Source: an uncultured Candidatus Saccharibacteria bacterium (GTDB lineage: Bacteria > Patescibacteriota > Minisyncoccia > Phycocordibacterales > CSBR16-119). Taken from it: a stretch of 64,000 nt of DNA. The stretch is from positions 19,039 to 83,038 of the forward strand of contig CAZLAD010000004.1 of the NCBI GenBank assembly GCA_964557535.1. The letters are read 5' to 3'. The notes beneath the pieces are model-generated. The model was given only the letters and a program-made list of their open reading frames with translations, did no database searches and was not told the DNA's origin. The position numbers were made by a program, and so were the translations under genes. Below are positions 49,809 to 59,280 of the stretch, piece after piece. Position 1 is the first letter of the stretch. Each line of letters begins with the position of its first letter.

Positions 49809-50111
49809 TTATTTTGCTTCGGCTTCTTTCTTGGCCTGCTTGGTGCGTTTTGGCAAGACGTTCTTTTTCTTGGCGTCGACGATTTTTTGATCTACGAGAA
49901 AATTGTGAATCGTTCCCGATGCCTGCGCGCCCATTTTCAGCCAGTACTTTATACGGTCGGCTTTCAATTCTACGAGACCAGCCTTTGGATTGTAATTGCC
50001 AAGAATTTCCTGGAATTTACCACTCTGAGCAGAATCTGTGGACTCAGTCAAAACAACCCGAAATGCCGGGGTATTTACGCGTCCAGTTCTTTGTAATCTG
50101 ATTTTTAACAT
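49809..50111 (-). CDS. rpsP: 30S ribosomal protein S16 (start at MLKIRLQR)
   Basis: MLKIRLQRTGRVNTPAFRVVLTES is the S16 N-terminus. The ORF track extends 12 codons upstream. Confidence 0.95.
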   Translation of the reverse strand: MLKIRLQRTGRVNTPAFRVVLTESTDSAQSGKFQEILGNYNPKAGLVELKADRIKYWLKMGAQASGTIHNFLVDQKIVDAKKKNVLPKRTKQAKKEAEAK

Positions 50112-50160
50112 GTGATGGATATTAGCAGATATATGTTGAGGCGTCAATAAAAATGGATTG

Positions 50161-50184
50161 GCCCCGACCTTACGGGATCGGGGC
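50161..50184 (-). terminator. Hairpin GCCCCGA-ccttacggga-TCGGGGC
   Basis: 7-bp GC stem between the K-rich protein gene and rpsP. Confidence 0.5.
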
Positions 50185-50207
50185 GCAGAAAGTTTTGTAC
50201 TTATTGA

Positions 50208-50513
50208 TCATCGAGCGTAGCTCGGTCTCGATCTTGGCTTCGGTCTTTGGACAGAAGGTCGGTTGAAGCGCCTCTTCTTTCCTTTCTTCTTTCGAGCCTC
50301 GATCTTTTTGTCCCGTTTCTCCTTTTTCCTCTTTTCTCGCTCTTGGCGAAGCTTCTCGATAGTCTCATGATTGACACGAGCATCGATATCGCTAAATGTC
50401 AGGCTTTCGTCTTGATCAGCTTGACCTATCGCGAGTTTGTCAGAGATGCTCACAGTTCTACGAGCATCATCGAGTAGGAGTTCAGGAACTCTGCCTTTGA
50501 TCTCACTGGGCAT
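50208..50513 (-). CDS. Hypothetical protein with a highly basic K/R-rich C-terminus
   Basis: 101-aa ORF upstream of rpsP, where ffh is often found. It is not Ffh. Confidence 0.4.
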   Translation of the reverse strand: MPSEIKGRVPELLLDDARRTVSISDKLAIGQADQDESLTFSDIDARVNHETIEKLRQEREKRKKEKRDKKIEARKKKGKKRRFNRPSVQRPKPRSRPSYAR

Positions 50514-50583
50514 GGCTTGGATGATTTGTCTCTATTCTACCACACCTCTATAAAGGACAAAAGTAATATGTTAATATTGCCCT

Positions 50584-52533
50584 ATGCACAAAAAGAAAAG
50601 CCCTCCACCCCAAAGCCTAACCGGCATCATTCGTGTAAGCCAGCGCGGAACTGGCTATTTTCGTCTACCCGAAGGTCAGGCTGACGCCGAGATAAGTTAC
50701 GACGATTTGGGCACCGCGCTTCATGGCGACACAGTAAAAATTGAAAAAATCGGCGGTAAAATCCGTGACGGTGGTCCGCGCGCAAAAGTCATTGCCGTTA
50801 CAAAAAGAGCCAAGCGCGGATTTGCTGGAGAACTCGTTCACAATGGTCAGGATTTCGCTCTCAAGGCTTCTGACCCGCGCATGTACACACGAATCGTCAT
50901 CCCGAAGAAACTCGCCAAGGGCGCCAAAGTCGGTGACAAAATTTTTGTGACCCTAAGCACCTGGAAAGACATGAAATCAATTCCGCTTGGAAAAGTCGAC
51001 AAAATCCTTGGCCGTGCCGGTGAACACGAGGCCGAGATGCAGGGCATCATCTTAGAAAGGGGGTTCGAGTCCGGCTTCCCCGCCCTAGTTGAACGCGAAG
51101 CCGAAAAGATCAAACGCACACCACTTTCAGACGCAGAAATAAAACGTCGTCGTGACATGCGACACGTAACAACTTTTACCATTGATCCCGAAGACGCCAA
51201 AGACTTTGACGACGCACTATCATTTCGAAAGTTAGAAAGCCCGTCCGGCCAAAGTGAAAAATACGAAATCGGAATTCACATTGCCGACGTTAGTCACTAC
51301 GTAACCCCGGGAACAAATCTCGACAAAGAAGCTCTCGAACGGGCGACATCTGTGTATCTGGTCGACCGGACCATCCCGATGCTCCCAGAAATTCTCTCGA
51401 ACGATTTGTGTAGTCTAAATCCAGGCGTTGACAAGCTCGCCATGAGCGCCGTCTTTGAGATGGATGCAAACGGCCACGTATCAAAAGAATGGTTTGGGAA
51501 AACAATCATCAATTCAGACAAAAGATTCACATATGAAAATGCTCAAAAAGTTCTAGACGACGGAGGAGGCGAGTTTTTTGATGAACTAGACACGCTGAAC
51601 AAAATTGCAAAAAAACTAAATGCTCAAAGGATCAAAGACGGCGCAATTCTCATGGAGTCTGACGAGGTCAAATTCCGGCTCGACGAAAAAGGTAAACCAA
51701 TTTCTGTGTATATAAAAACTCGCGGAGATACAAACAAACTTATCGAAGAATTTATGCTCTTGGCCAATCGCCGAGTCGCCAAATGGGGTGGCAAAGACTC
51801 TTCGGGCAAGGACCGAGTTTTTATCTATCGCATCCATGACACACCAGACAAAGAAAAGGTAAAACTTCTAAAAGATTATCTCAAACTTCTGGGCTTTGAT
51901 TTGGCTGAACAAAAGGGCGTAGTAAAACCACACGAATGGAATCGACTCTTCAAAGATCTCGAAGGCCGAGCCGAACGAGACACTATCCAAACGACCGTCA
52001 TCCGTTCGATGGCCAAAGCAATTTATTCAACCAAAAACATGGGACACTATGGACTTGCTTTTGAATTTTATACCCACTTTACGTCGCCCATCAGACGTTA
52101 TCCAGACATCATCGCCCACAGACTACTTATGGACTACGTAAATGGTGTAAAAATTCCAAATGATCATATTGCCAAATTTCAAAAGATGTCCGAACATTGT
52201 TCCATGCGCGAAGTCGAAGCCGCCGAAGCTGAACGAGCGAGTATCAAATATAAACAAATGGAATACATGGCCGAGAGAATCGGACAAGATTTTGATGGAA
52301 TTATCACGGACATAAACGAATGGGGCATGTACGTCGCGGAAAAGACGACCAAGTCCGAAGGCGTTGTCCGTCTGCGTGATATTACAACCAACTCTTTTGT
52401 CTACGAAGAGAAAAAACTAATGCTAATCGACAAAAAAACCGATACGACTATGCGTATTGGCGACAATGTTCGCATCAAAGTAAAAAATGTGAACATCGAA
52501 AAACAACAAATAGACTATCTTTTGGTATCATAG
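50584..52533 (+). CDS. rnr: Ribonuclease R / RNase II-family exoribonuclease
   Basis: 649 aa. N-terminal cold-shock-like region, RNB catalytic core (DPEDAKDFDDALS, YRIHD, GHYGLAFEFYTHFTSPIRRYPD), C-terminal S1 domain. Confidence 0.9.
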   Translation: MHKKKSPPPQSLTGIIRVSQRGTGYFRLPEGQADAEISYDDLGTALHGDTVKIEKIGGKIRDGGPRAKVIAVTKRAKRGFAGELVHNGQDFALKASDPRMYTRIVIPKKLAKGAKVGDKIFVTLSTWKDMKSIPLGKVDKILGRAGEHEAEMQGIILERGFESGFPALVEREAEKIKRTPLSDAEIKRRRDMRHVTTFTIDPEDAKDFDDALSFRKLESPSGQSEKYEIGIHIADVSHYVTPGTNLDKEALERATSVYLVDRTIPMLPEILSNDLCSLNPGVDKLAMSAVFEMDANGHVSKEWFGKTIINSDKRFTYENAQKVLDDGGGEFFDELDTLNKIAKKLNAQRIKDGAILMESDEVKFRLDEKGKPISVYIKTRGDTNKLIEEFMLLANRRVAKWGGKDSSGKDRVFIYRIHDTPDKEKVKLLKDYLKLLGFDLAEQKGVVKPHEWNRLFKDLEGRAERDTIQTTVIRSMAKAIYSTKNMGHYGLAFEFYTHFTSPIRRYPDIIAHRLLMDYVNGVKIPNDHIAKFQKMSEHCSMREVEAAEAERASIKYKQMEYMAERIGQDFDGIITDINEWGMYVAEKTTKSEGVVRLRDITTNSFVYEEKKLMLIDKKTDTTMRIGDNVRIKVKNVNIEKQQIDYLLVS

Positions 52534-52627
52534 AGCCATGGATCCTGCGAGTGACCGAGGTCGCTTGGGGTGATATTTAAAAAACACAGGATCAAGCAAA
52601 AATTATTACAAATTAATTCGGGAAGCG

Positions 52628-55165
52628 GTGAGACCGCAACCTGTCACTATCGGGATGGATTCAGGTTCAAAAAAAAGCTGGGTGAAAGTTTTCTTGTGGA
52701 GCATTATTGCTATTGGTTTTGGACTGGCTTTTTCGGCGCTGGTGGTTCAGGCTTTTAGCGAGATCTCTACGAGAACCAAAACCCAAACGCAGACGAGCGA
52801 AAGCCTCACCGAAACGACAGGAAACAATCTACTAGCACAATTAAAAGACTTTAAATATAGAACTTTTAATAGAGCCAAAAATATTGCCGGGTCTTTGAAT
52901 TTTAGCTACATCACCCAAGCTCCGGTAAGAAAATATCATCTCGAGGACGAATCATTACGCCCTCATGTCGGGGCTTTGGCTTATGTGGTTGGAGATGCCG
53001 ACACCGGACAAATAATCATATCGAAAAACGGGGACACGGTTTCGCCGATAGCATCGGTGACCAAACTAATGACCGCGCTTACATCGCTTGAGAGTCTAGA
53101 CCAAAGCGAAACAACCAAAGTTTCGAGAAAAGCTGTCGAAACTCTGGGTCAAAGTGGTCTATCTCAGGGTGATCGCATGAAAATATCTGACCTTATCTAC
53201 CCACTTCTTCTCGTCTCGTCAAACGATGCTTCGGAAGTTTTGGCCGAACATGCCGGTCGTGAAAAATTCTTGGGCTGGATGAATCAACACGCCAAAGATA
53301 TCGGTATGGAAAATACAAATTTCAATGATCCGAGCGGTCTTTCGGCAAAAAACTCTTCCACGGCCGAAGATTTATTTTCGATGGCTCATTATTTGTTTAC
53401 CAAACATCGCACCGTCTTTAACATCACAAATCTAGAACGTTATAGTGCCGAAGGCAGAACTTGGGTCAATGCCAATCGTTTTTCGAGAAGGGACGATTAT
53501 CTGGGTGGCAAAACCGGCTACACCGACGCCGCTCATCGCACTGGTGTATTTATTTTCTCTAGTCCAATCGCCAACGGAGAAATTCGAAATATCGCTATCG
53601 CGTTACTAAAGACAGACGATCGTGTTTCTGACATCAACAGAATTTTGGATTATGTGAAAGAAAATGTTTATTATTCATACGAAAATTCTACACAAGAAAA
53701 AGAAAGTGAAGTTACTCTTGGATTTGTTGGCGACATCATGCTTGATCGAGGTGTAAAAACTTCAATCATAAAAAACTTTGGTGGAAATTATGAAAAAATA
53801 TTGGCCGAAGCGCCAAGAATTCTCCAGCCAGATATTATGTTTGGAAATCTAGAAGGTCCAATTTCTGACAAAGGCACAAAAATTGGTAGCATCTACTCTT
53901 TTCGAATGGACCCGCTTTCGACCAAGGCTTTGAAAGAAGCTGGATTTGATGTCTTGTCTTTTGCTAACAATCACGTCGGTGATTATTCGACTCCCGCTTT
54001 TCTCGACACACTCGGCAGACTCAAAGAAGAAAACATCCTTTACGTCGGGGCTGGAGAAAACCACGCAGAAGCTTCTCGGGCGACAATCGTGGAAAGAGAC
54101 GGTGTCCGAATTGGATATTTGGCAATGTCGGACGTTGGCCCAGAATTTATGAAAGCGACCGAAGAAAAAATGGGCATACTTTTGGCGAGCGACAAAAATC
54201 TCGACGCTATTGTGAAGGAGGCAAAAGAATTGTCGGATATTTTAGTTGTGTCTGTTCACTGGGGCGACGAATACAAACCTCATAACAAAAAACAAGAAGT
54301 GCTAGCCAAGAGGTTGATTGATAACGGTGCAAATATTGTTGTCGGACATCATCCTCACGTTCCGCAAGATGTCGTAAATTACAAAGACGGCTTGATATTT
54401 TATTCTCTCGGTAATTTTGTTTTTGACCAATATTTCTCAAAAGAAACAATGGGCGGACTTTATGCCGAAGTTGTTGTGACCAAAAAAGGAATAAAAAGCC
54501 ACACCGAAACACCTTTTGTAATAAATGAAAAATATCAACCGATTCTGGGCAACAAAAAGACGGCCTCTTCCCCATCGACGGTATTTGAACGAGGATCTTG
54601 TCCTGTCGGAAACTCCGAAACAAACGAAACTTTTACAAATGTAAGTAATAAAAAATCTGTTGGTAAGTATATTCCAGAAAATCTAGTCGAAATCAGTAAA
54701 GTAATCCCGACAAAAGAAGGTAGAGAAATATGTCTTCTCGAGGAATCCGCCGTGGAACTTGAAAAAATGATTGTTGATGCAAAAAACAACAACGTCGACA
54801 TCTCTATAACTTCTGGTTTTCGAAGTTTTGAAATCCAAGAAATACTTTACGAAAACAGAAACACAACCGCCGAAGAAGAGTCAATTGCTATCCCTGGGCA
54901 TTCGGAACATCAGCTAGGTACAACCATAGATATAACGAGTGCCGAGATTGGAAACGCCTCAGCTAGCACGTTACTTAAAAACACCAAAGCCTTTGAGTGG
55001 ATGTCAGAAAATGCTCACAAATATGGCTTCGTCATGAGCTACCCAGAAAATCGTGATACGGGTTATATTTTCGAACCATGGCATTGGCGATATGTCGGTG
55101 CTGAAACTGCCAAAGAAATCAAAACAAAAAACCTAACAATCCAACAATATTTAGGGGAGATATAG
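52628..55165 (+). CDS. Tri-domain membrane-anchored cell-wall enzyme: S11 PBP5-like DD-carboxypeptidase (SVTK, SSND, KTG) + CapA-like metallophosphoesterase + VanY-like M15 DD-carboxypeptidase
   Basis: 845 aa. S11 motifs SVTKLMTALT / SSNDAS / GKTGYT. CapA-like GDIMLDRG...FANNHVGDY...VHWGDEY...VVGHHPHV. M15 SGFRSFEIQ...HSEHQLGTTIDI...EPWHWRY. Confidence 0.85.
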   Translation: MRPQPVTIGMDSGSKKSWVKVFLWSIIAIGFGLAFSALVVQAFSEISTRTKTQTQTSESLTETTGNNLLAQLKDFKYRTFNRAKNIAGSLNFSYITQAPVRKYHLEDESLRPHVGALAYVVGDADTGQIIISKNGDTVSPIASVTKLMTALTSLESLDQSETTKVSRKAVETLGQSGLSQGDRMKISDLIYPLLLVSSNDASEVLAEHAGREKFLGWMNQHAKDIGMENTNFNDPSGLSAKNSSTAEDLFSMAHYLFTKHRTVFNITNLERYSAEGRTWVNANRFSRRDDYLGGKTGYTDAAHRTGVFIFSSPIANGEIRNIAIALLKTDDRVSDINRILDYVKENVYYSYENSTQEKESEVTLGFVGDIMLDRGVKTSIIKNFGGNYEKILAEAPRILQPDIMFGNLEGPISDKGTKIGSIYSFRMDPLSTKALKEAGFDVLSFANNHVGDYSTPAFLDTLGRLKEENILYVGAGENHAEASRATIVERDGVRIGYLAMSDVGPEFMKATEEKMGILLASDKNLDAIVKEAKELSDILVVSVHWGDEYKPHNKKQEVLAKRLIDNGANIVVGHHPHVPQDVVNYKDGLIFYSLGNFVFDQYFSKETMGGLYAEVVVTKKGIKSHTETPFVINEKYQPILGNKKTASSPSTVFERGSCPVGNSETNETFTNVSNKKSVGKYIPENLVEISKVIPTKEGREICLLEESAVELEKMIVDAKNNNVDISITSGFRSFEIQEILYENRNTTAEEESIAIPGHSEHQLGTTIDITSAEIGNASASTLLKNTKAFEWMSENAHKYGFVMSYPENRDTGYIFEPWHWRYVGAETAKEIKTKNLTIQQYLGEI

Positions 55166-55223
55166 GTGCTTGACAAAAGATAAGATATATGTTAGGGTCT
55201 AGCCAAACCTGAACCCCAACAAC

Positions 55224-55571
55224 ATGGCAATCAAGAAAAGTGCTAAGTCCCTCGCGGACAACTCGACCAAGAAGGATGGGCCCACCCACCCGAAAAAGAG
55301 CCCACGGAAGCGCAAATCGCCAGTGAGCACTCGGCCATTCCGAGTGACCCGTGGCTTCGCCAAGAATCGTCGGGTGAAGTTCTGGATGGACCTCCTGATG
55401 ACCTTCGAACCGGTAGATCAGAAAGCGTGCCTCGAGGCAATCAGCTGGCGCATACCGAAAGACAACGGTCGCAACAAAACAGCTGAACAGGCACTGAAGT
55501 CCCTCTTGCGGAACCATGTGGTGGTGCCCATGGACGCTATCGTGCCGGCGCTCAAGAAGCGCTCACTCTGA
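55224..55571 (+). CDS. Hypothetical basic protein, GC-richer
   Basis: 115-aa ORF followed by the terminator at 55630-55667. Confidence 0.45.
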   Translation: MAIKKSAKSLADNSTKKDGPTHPKKSPRKRKSPVSTRPFRVTRGFAKNRRVKFWMDLLMTFEPVDQKACLEAISWRIPKDNGRNKTAEQALKSLLRNHVVVPMDAIVPALKKRSL

Positions 55572-55629
55572 CCACGCACGATCAACCGGCTACTCATGAA
55601 AAAGTGAGCCGGCAAAGCCATGCATGCAT

Positions 55630-55667
55630 GAAGCCCCCGACCTCGTCGGGGGCTTCTTCTTTTTTTA
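55630..55667 (+). terminator. Intrinsic terminator GAAGCCCCCGAC-ctc-GTCGGGGGCTTC plus T-run
   Basis: 12-bp stem followed by TTCTTTTTTT. Confidence 0.7.
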
Positions 55668-55720
55668 CTTCGCGTAATTTTCGGCTTCGGAGAATTTGAT
55701 GGAGGAGCTTGGAACCGCCA
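55661..55720. repeat. Direct repeat copy 1 (about 60 bp, about 85% identical to 56891-56950, which is the smc 3' end)
   Basis: TTTTTTACTTcGCGTAaTTTTCgGCtTCgGAGAATTTGAT... aligned position by position to the second copy (36 of 41 identities in the core). Confidence 0.8.
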
Positions 55721-55849
55721 AAACAAAGTCATTTTCCAAGAATATTCAGAGAGGTTGTAGAAAAAAAATCTAAAAATTAAATCATCCTAAAATGAAGAAT
55801 GGTTCTAGAATACTGAGCCATTATATAACCTTGACATTAGCTATCTTCT

Positions 55850-56857
55850 ATGATAGAAGTAAATCAAACCAGAACAAACATGCGAACCGAAGATCTTCTA
55901 GACACACCTGATCTCGAGGAAAGAAGTGACTCTTTGATACCAGGCTTTAGAAGATTTTACTTCGAAAGCATCAAAGGGATTCGACTCCTGTCTCGCGACG
56001 AAGAATACGATCTGGGCGTAAAAAGCTCAAAAGGTGATAAAGTAGCGACCCAGAAGCTTGTCTACCATAACCTGAAATTCGTGGCCTGGAAAGTTCTCGA
56101 ATTTCTTGGATACCTAAGATACGACCGAGCTCTGTCTTTCGAAGACCTATTCCAACACGGGTCAATCGGACTCTGGAAAGCTGCAAAAAACTACAGACCC
56201 AGGAAAGACGTTAAATTCTTGAGCTATGCTGTCTTCAGCGTTGATGAAGCAATCATGACAGCAATCAGGAACAACCGTTTGATCAGAGTAAAGTCTGTGG
56301 GTCGCAAGTTAATCAAGAAATACGACCATGCTTTCGATCTCATTACCCATGATGTCGAAACCAACTACGCGCTGATTGAAGACGTGGCTGACGAAATGAA
56401 AATCGACGAGGAAAAAGTGCGGAAGATTTGCCTTTGGAAAGAACTTCTCCGTGTCGATAACCTAGATCAGCTTGCGTCTGAAGAAGATGGCGCCATCTGT
56501 TTCGATATCCTCGACAAAGATGCGCTAGAGCCAGACTCAGCTGCCCACGAAACGAGCCTGAAGGAGTTTCTTGAGATTTACTTGGGGAAGCTTTCCAACC
56601 TGACTACCAAGGAACAAGAAATAGTGACGATGTATTTCGGGCTAGCTGATCAAGAGAAGGTGAGCATGGAAGATATCGCCAAGATGTACGACCTACAAAG
56701 AGAGCGCGTGCGGCAAATAAAGGAGAAAGCACTACGGAGACTTCGATGGGGTGCTGGTCGATTACTCTTGGAGGTGTACCTTGATGATCCTTATGTGAGC
56801 GAGAGGATCAAGCACAGATTAGCCATGAGCCTGCGGAGTATTTTCGTAAGCCATTGA
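55850..56857 (+). CDS. Sigma-70-family RNA polymerase sigma factor (alternative, about 38 kDa)
   Basis: 335 aa. Region 2 (LVYHNLKFVAWKV...IGLWKAAKNY), region 3, region 4 HTH (MEDIAKMYDLQRERVRQIKEKALRRLR). Confidence 0.85.
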   Translation: MIEVNQTRTNMRTEDLLDTPDLEERSDSLIPGFRRFYFESIKGIRLLSRDEEYDLGVKSSKGDKVATQKLVYHNLKFVAWKVLEFLGYLRYDRALSFEDLFQHGSIGLWKAAKNYRPRKDVKFLSYAVFSVDEAIMTAIRNNRLIRVKSVGRKLIKKYDHAFDLITHDVETNYALIEDVADEMKIDEEKVRKICLWKELLRVDNLDQLASEEDGAICFDILDKDALEPDSAAHETSLKEFLEIYLGKLSNLTTKEQEIVTMYFGLADQEKVSMEDIAKMYDLQRERVRQIKEKALRRLRWGAGRLLLEVYLDDPYVSERIKHRLAMSLRSIFVSH

Positions 56858-56862
56858 GCAAG

Positions 56863-56898
56863 AACCGCTGACCCTTCGGGTCGGCGGTTCTGTTTTTT
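56863..56898. terminator. Bidirectional terminator GAACCGCTGACCC-ttcg-GGTCGGCGGTTC plus T-run
   Basis: 13-bp stem between the convergent sigma gene and smc. Confidence 0.7.
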
Positions 56899-56950
56899 AC
56901 TTGGCGTAGTTTTCAGCGTCTGAGAATTTGATTGATAGGAGTTTTGATCC
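56891..56950. repeat. Direct repeat copy 2 (includes the last 14 codons of smc)
   Basis: See copy 1 at 55661-55720. Confidence 0.8.
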
Positions 56951-59134
56951 GCCGTCAGATCCAATTGTTACACCGTAAATGACATCGGCACGAGACATTG
57001 TTTCTCTGTTGTGAGTGACGGTGATAAGTGAAGAATATTTCGAAAGAATTTCGATCATATCGCCATAACGTTTAGAATTGGCTTCGTCGAGTGCCGCATC
57101 CGTTTCATCGAGAACCAAAAATGGCGGCGGGTTAACTTGAGTCATGGCAAAGACAAGCGCGATAGAAGTAAGTGAGCGTTCGCCACCAGAAAGCATGGCC
57201 AGGTCTTTCACCTTCTTTTGTGGCAAAGTCACGTTAATCTCAATACCATAATCAAGTCTCTCTTCCTCGTCCGCATCCGAACTTTCTCCAGACTCATCGT
57301 CTTCTTCCGAATCATTTTTCTTTGATCCCTGAACAATGCTAGACAGATAAGCTGCGCCACCACCAAACATAAGTTTGAAAAATTCCTCAAAACGAACATT
57401 GATTTTCTCCATGCCTTCTTTGAATTCTCTGTCCAGAGTTTCTTTAAGATCGTCAATAAGTGTACGTAAATTGGAAATACTTTTTTCTAAATCTTCGAGC
57501 TCTTTGACCAAGAAATTATCTCGTTCTGTAATACTTTGATATTCTTTCATTACGTCATCGCCAGAGCCAGTACCCGCGTCTTCGAGTTTGATTTTGAGAC
57601 GCTCAATGTTGTGACGCATCTCGTCAGTGACTTCGACAATCGAAATATCACTTGTTCGAAATTGTAAAATTTCTTGACCAACCAAAACGACAGCTTCTTT
57701 GACTCCTTCTTCAAAAGAAGCTTTTCGCTTTTTGAAAAATTCATTTCGGTTTTGGAGAATTTCTTCTTCGGCCAAAATCTTGTTCTTTTTATTTTCAAGA
57801 GCAAATTTTTCTTCTTGGTCTTTGAACATCGTCACTCTATTTGACTCAATCGAAGAACGCAAAGAATTCATTTTTTCCAAATGAACTTTTCTTACTCTTT
57901 CAATTTCTTCTAGCTGAGCCGCGACTTCACGCTTTGTAACTTCTAGATCCTTGAAAGAGTTTGGTTTGTTTTCAGCTTTATTTTGTTTAAATCTCTGGCC
58001 AAAGTCCGTTATAGCTTTTCTCAAATACTTGAGATTTGATTTTATAACTTCGAGGTTTGAATCCGCCAAAGATCTTTCGAGAGTGCTTTCCATCTCACTA
58101 ATGAACGTCTCGAGGTCGCTTGATTTGATTGAAATACTGTCTGGTTTATCAGTTGTCGATCGATTCTCAAATTCGATCATACCTTCGATACGTCCAAGCT
58201 TTCTGGATAAATCATCTTTGGTTCGTTCAAGCGAAACAATTTCTTTTTCCAAATTACTGATTTCGATATTTTTTGAAGACTCGAAATCATTTGTTGAGAC
58301 ATCTTTCATCGAAGCTAATTTGACTTCAATTTCTTTTAGTTCGCGTTCTCGATCGTGATTTTTACTTTTCAGGAAAGCTTCTTCGTTTTGTAAAAACTTT
58401 TCTTCTGATTTGAAAAAGGTTAAATAAAGTTTAGAAAGTTCACTTCGAAGCTCGACGCTTTTTTCAACTTTTTCAACTTGTTTCTTGAGATATTTTATAT
58501 GTGGCGCAAGTTCACGACGAAGCATTCCGACTTCTTTCATGTTCTCTTCGGTCTTTTCAAGTTTCTTGTGCGATTCTTTGAGTTTGTTTTGATAAACTTT
58601 GAGACCTAAAGCATCCTCAATCATGATCCGACGATCTTTGGCTGAACTTGTGAGAATCCTGTCGGCTTGACCCTGAGAAATAATATGGTGACCCGAAGCA
58701 CCGATATTTACCGAAGCCAACATTTCGACAATGTCTTTCAAACGAACAGCTGAATTGTTGATGTAGTAGATATTATTTCCGTCGGCAAAGACTTCACGCT
58801 TCAAAATTATTTCGTCGAAATCTAGATTGATTGGCTCGGAACGTTCACCCAATTTAAAAACGCGATCTTTGTTATCAAAAGTTATTTCGACTGACGCACG
58901 TGAGCCTTTTGGTAAATCTTTTGAGCCTTTGAATATAAGGTCCGAGCCCGACTTTCCACGCAGAGATTTCATTGATTGTTCGCCAAGGACAAACCGGAAA
59001 GCTTCAACAACGTTTGATTTTCCAGATCCGTTTGGCCCGACGATTCCAACAACCGGCACGTCAAAATCCAGTCTGCTTTTTTTGGCAAACGACTTAAACC
59101 CGAGAAGTTCAATCCTCTTTAATTTCACCCCCAT
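56897..59134 (-). CDS. smc: SMC-family chromosome segregation ATPase (short, 745 aa)
   Basis: N-terminal Walker A GPNGSGKSN, C-terminal signature LSGGERSLTSIALVFAM and Walker B LVLDETDAALD, long coiled-coil middle, rnc-smc synteny. Confidence 0.85.
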   Translation of the reverse strand: MGVKLKRIELLGFKSFAKKSRLDFDVPVVGIVGPNGSGKSNVVEAFRFVLGEQSMKSLRGKSGSDLIFKGSKDLPKGSRASVEITFDNKDRVFKLGERSEPINLDFDEIILKREVFADGNNIYYINNSAVRLKDIVEMLASVNIGASGHHIISQGQADRILTSSAKDRRIMIEDALGLKVYQNKLKESHKKLEKTEENMKEVGMLRRELAPHIKYLKKQVEKVEKSVELRSELSKLYLTFFKSEEKFLQNEEAFLKSKNHDRERELKEIEVKLASMKDVSTNDFESSKNIEISNLEKEIVSLERTKDDLSRKLGRIEGMIEFENRSTTDKPDSISIKSSDLETFISEMESTLERSLADSNLEVIKSNLKYLRKAITDFGQRFKQNKAENKPNSFKDLEVTKREVAAQLEEIERVRKVHLEKMNSLRSSIESNRVTMFKDQEEKFALENKKNKILAEEEILQNRNEFFKKRKASFEEGVKEAVVLVGQEILQFRTSDISIVEVTDEMRHNIERLKIKLEDAGTGSGDDVMKEYQSITERDNFLVKELEDLEKSISNLRTLIDDLKETLDREFKEGMEKINVRFEEFFKLMFGGGAAYLSSIVQGSKKNDSEEDDESGESSDADEEERLDYGIEINVTLPQKKVKDLAMLSGGERSLTSIALVFAMTQVNPPPFLVLDETDAALDEANSKRYGDMIEILSKYSSLITVTHNRETMSRADVIYGVTIGSDGGSKLLSIKFSDAENYAK

Positions 59135-59280
59135 ATTTTACCACACCAGGCAAAGAAAAATCCTCATAAAAAGGACTCTCGCAAGAAAAAGCCCGCCTTT
59201 TGAAGGGCGGGCTTTTCGAGAGGGAGAAGTTTGTCGTTTACAGACAAAACTTCGTGCCTTTTTATGAGTATTTTTCTTTG

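Noticed and set aside
49701-50096. 131-aa plus-strand ORF antisense to rpsP, and similar antisense ORFs inside rpoB, rpoC, uvrA, uvrB, mod, res and others in the ORF track
   Set aside because: Each is fully contained in a well-supported conserved gene on the other strand and has low-complexity or biased composition. These are shadow ORFs.
55418-55732. 104-aa minus ORF and 55119..55517 minus ORF in the sigma-cassette region
   Set aside because: Arg/Pro-rich antisense frames of GC-rich coding DNA. The smc-like tail similarity here is in a different frame and is only about 14 codons long, so it is interpreted as a direct-repeat remnant and not a gene.
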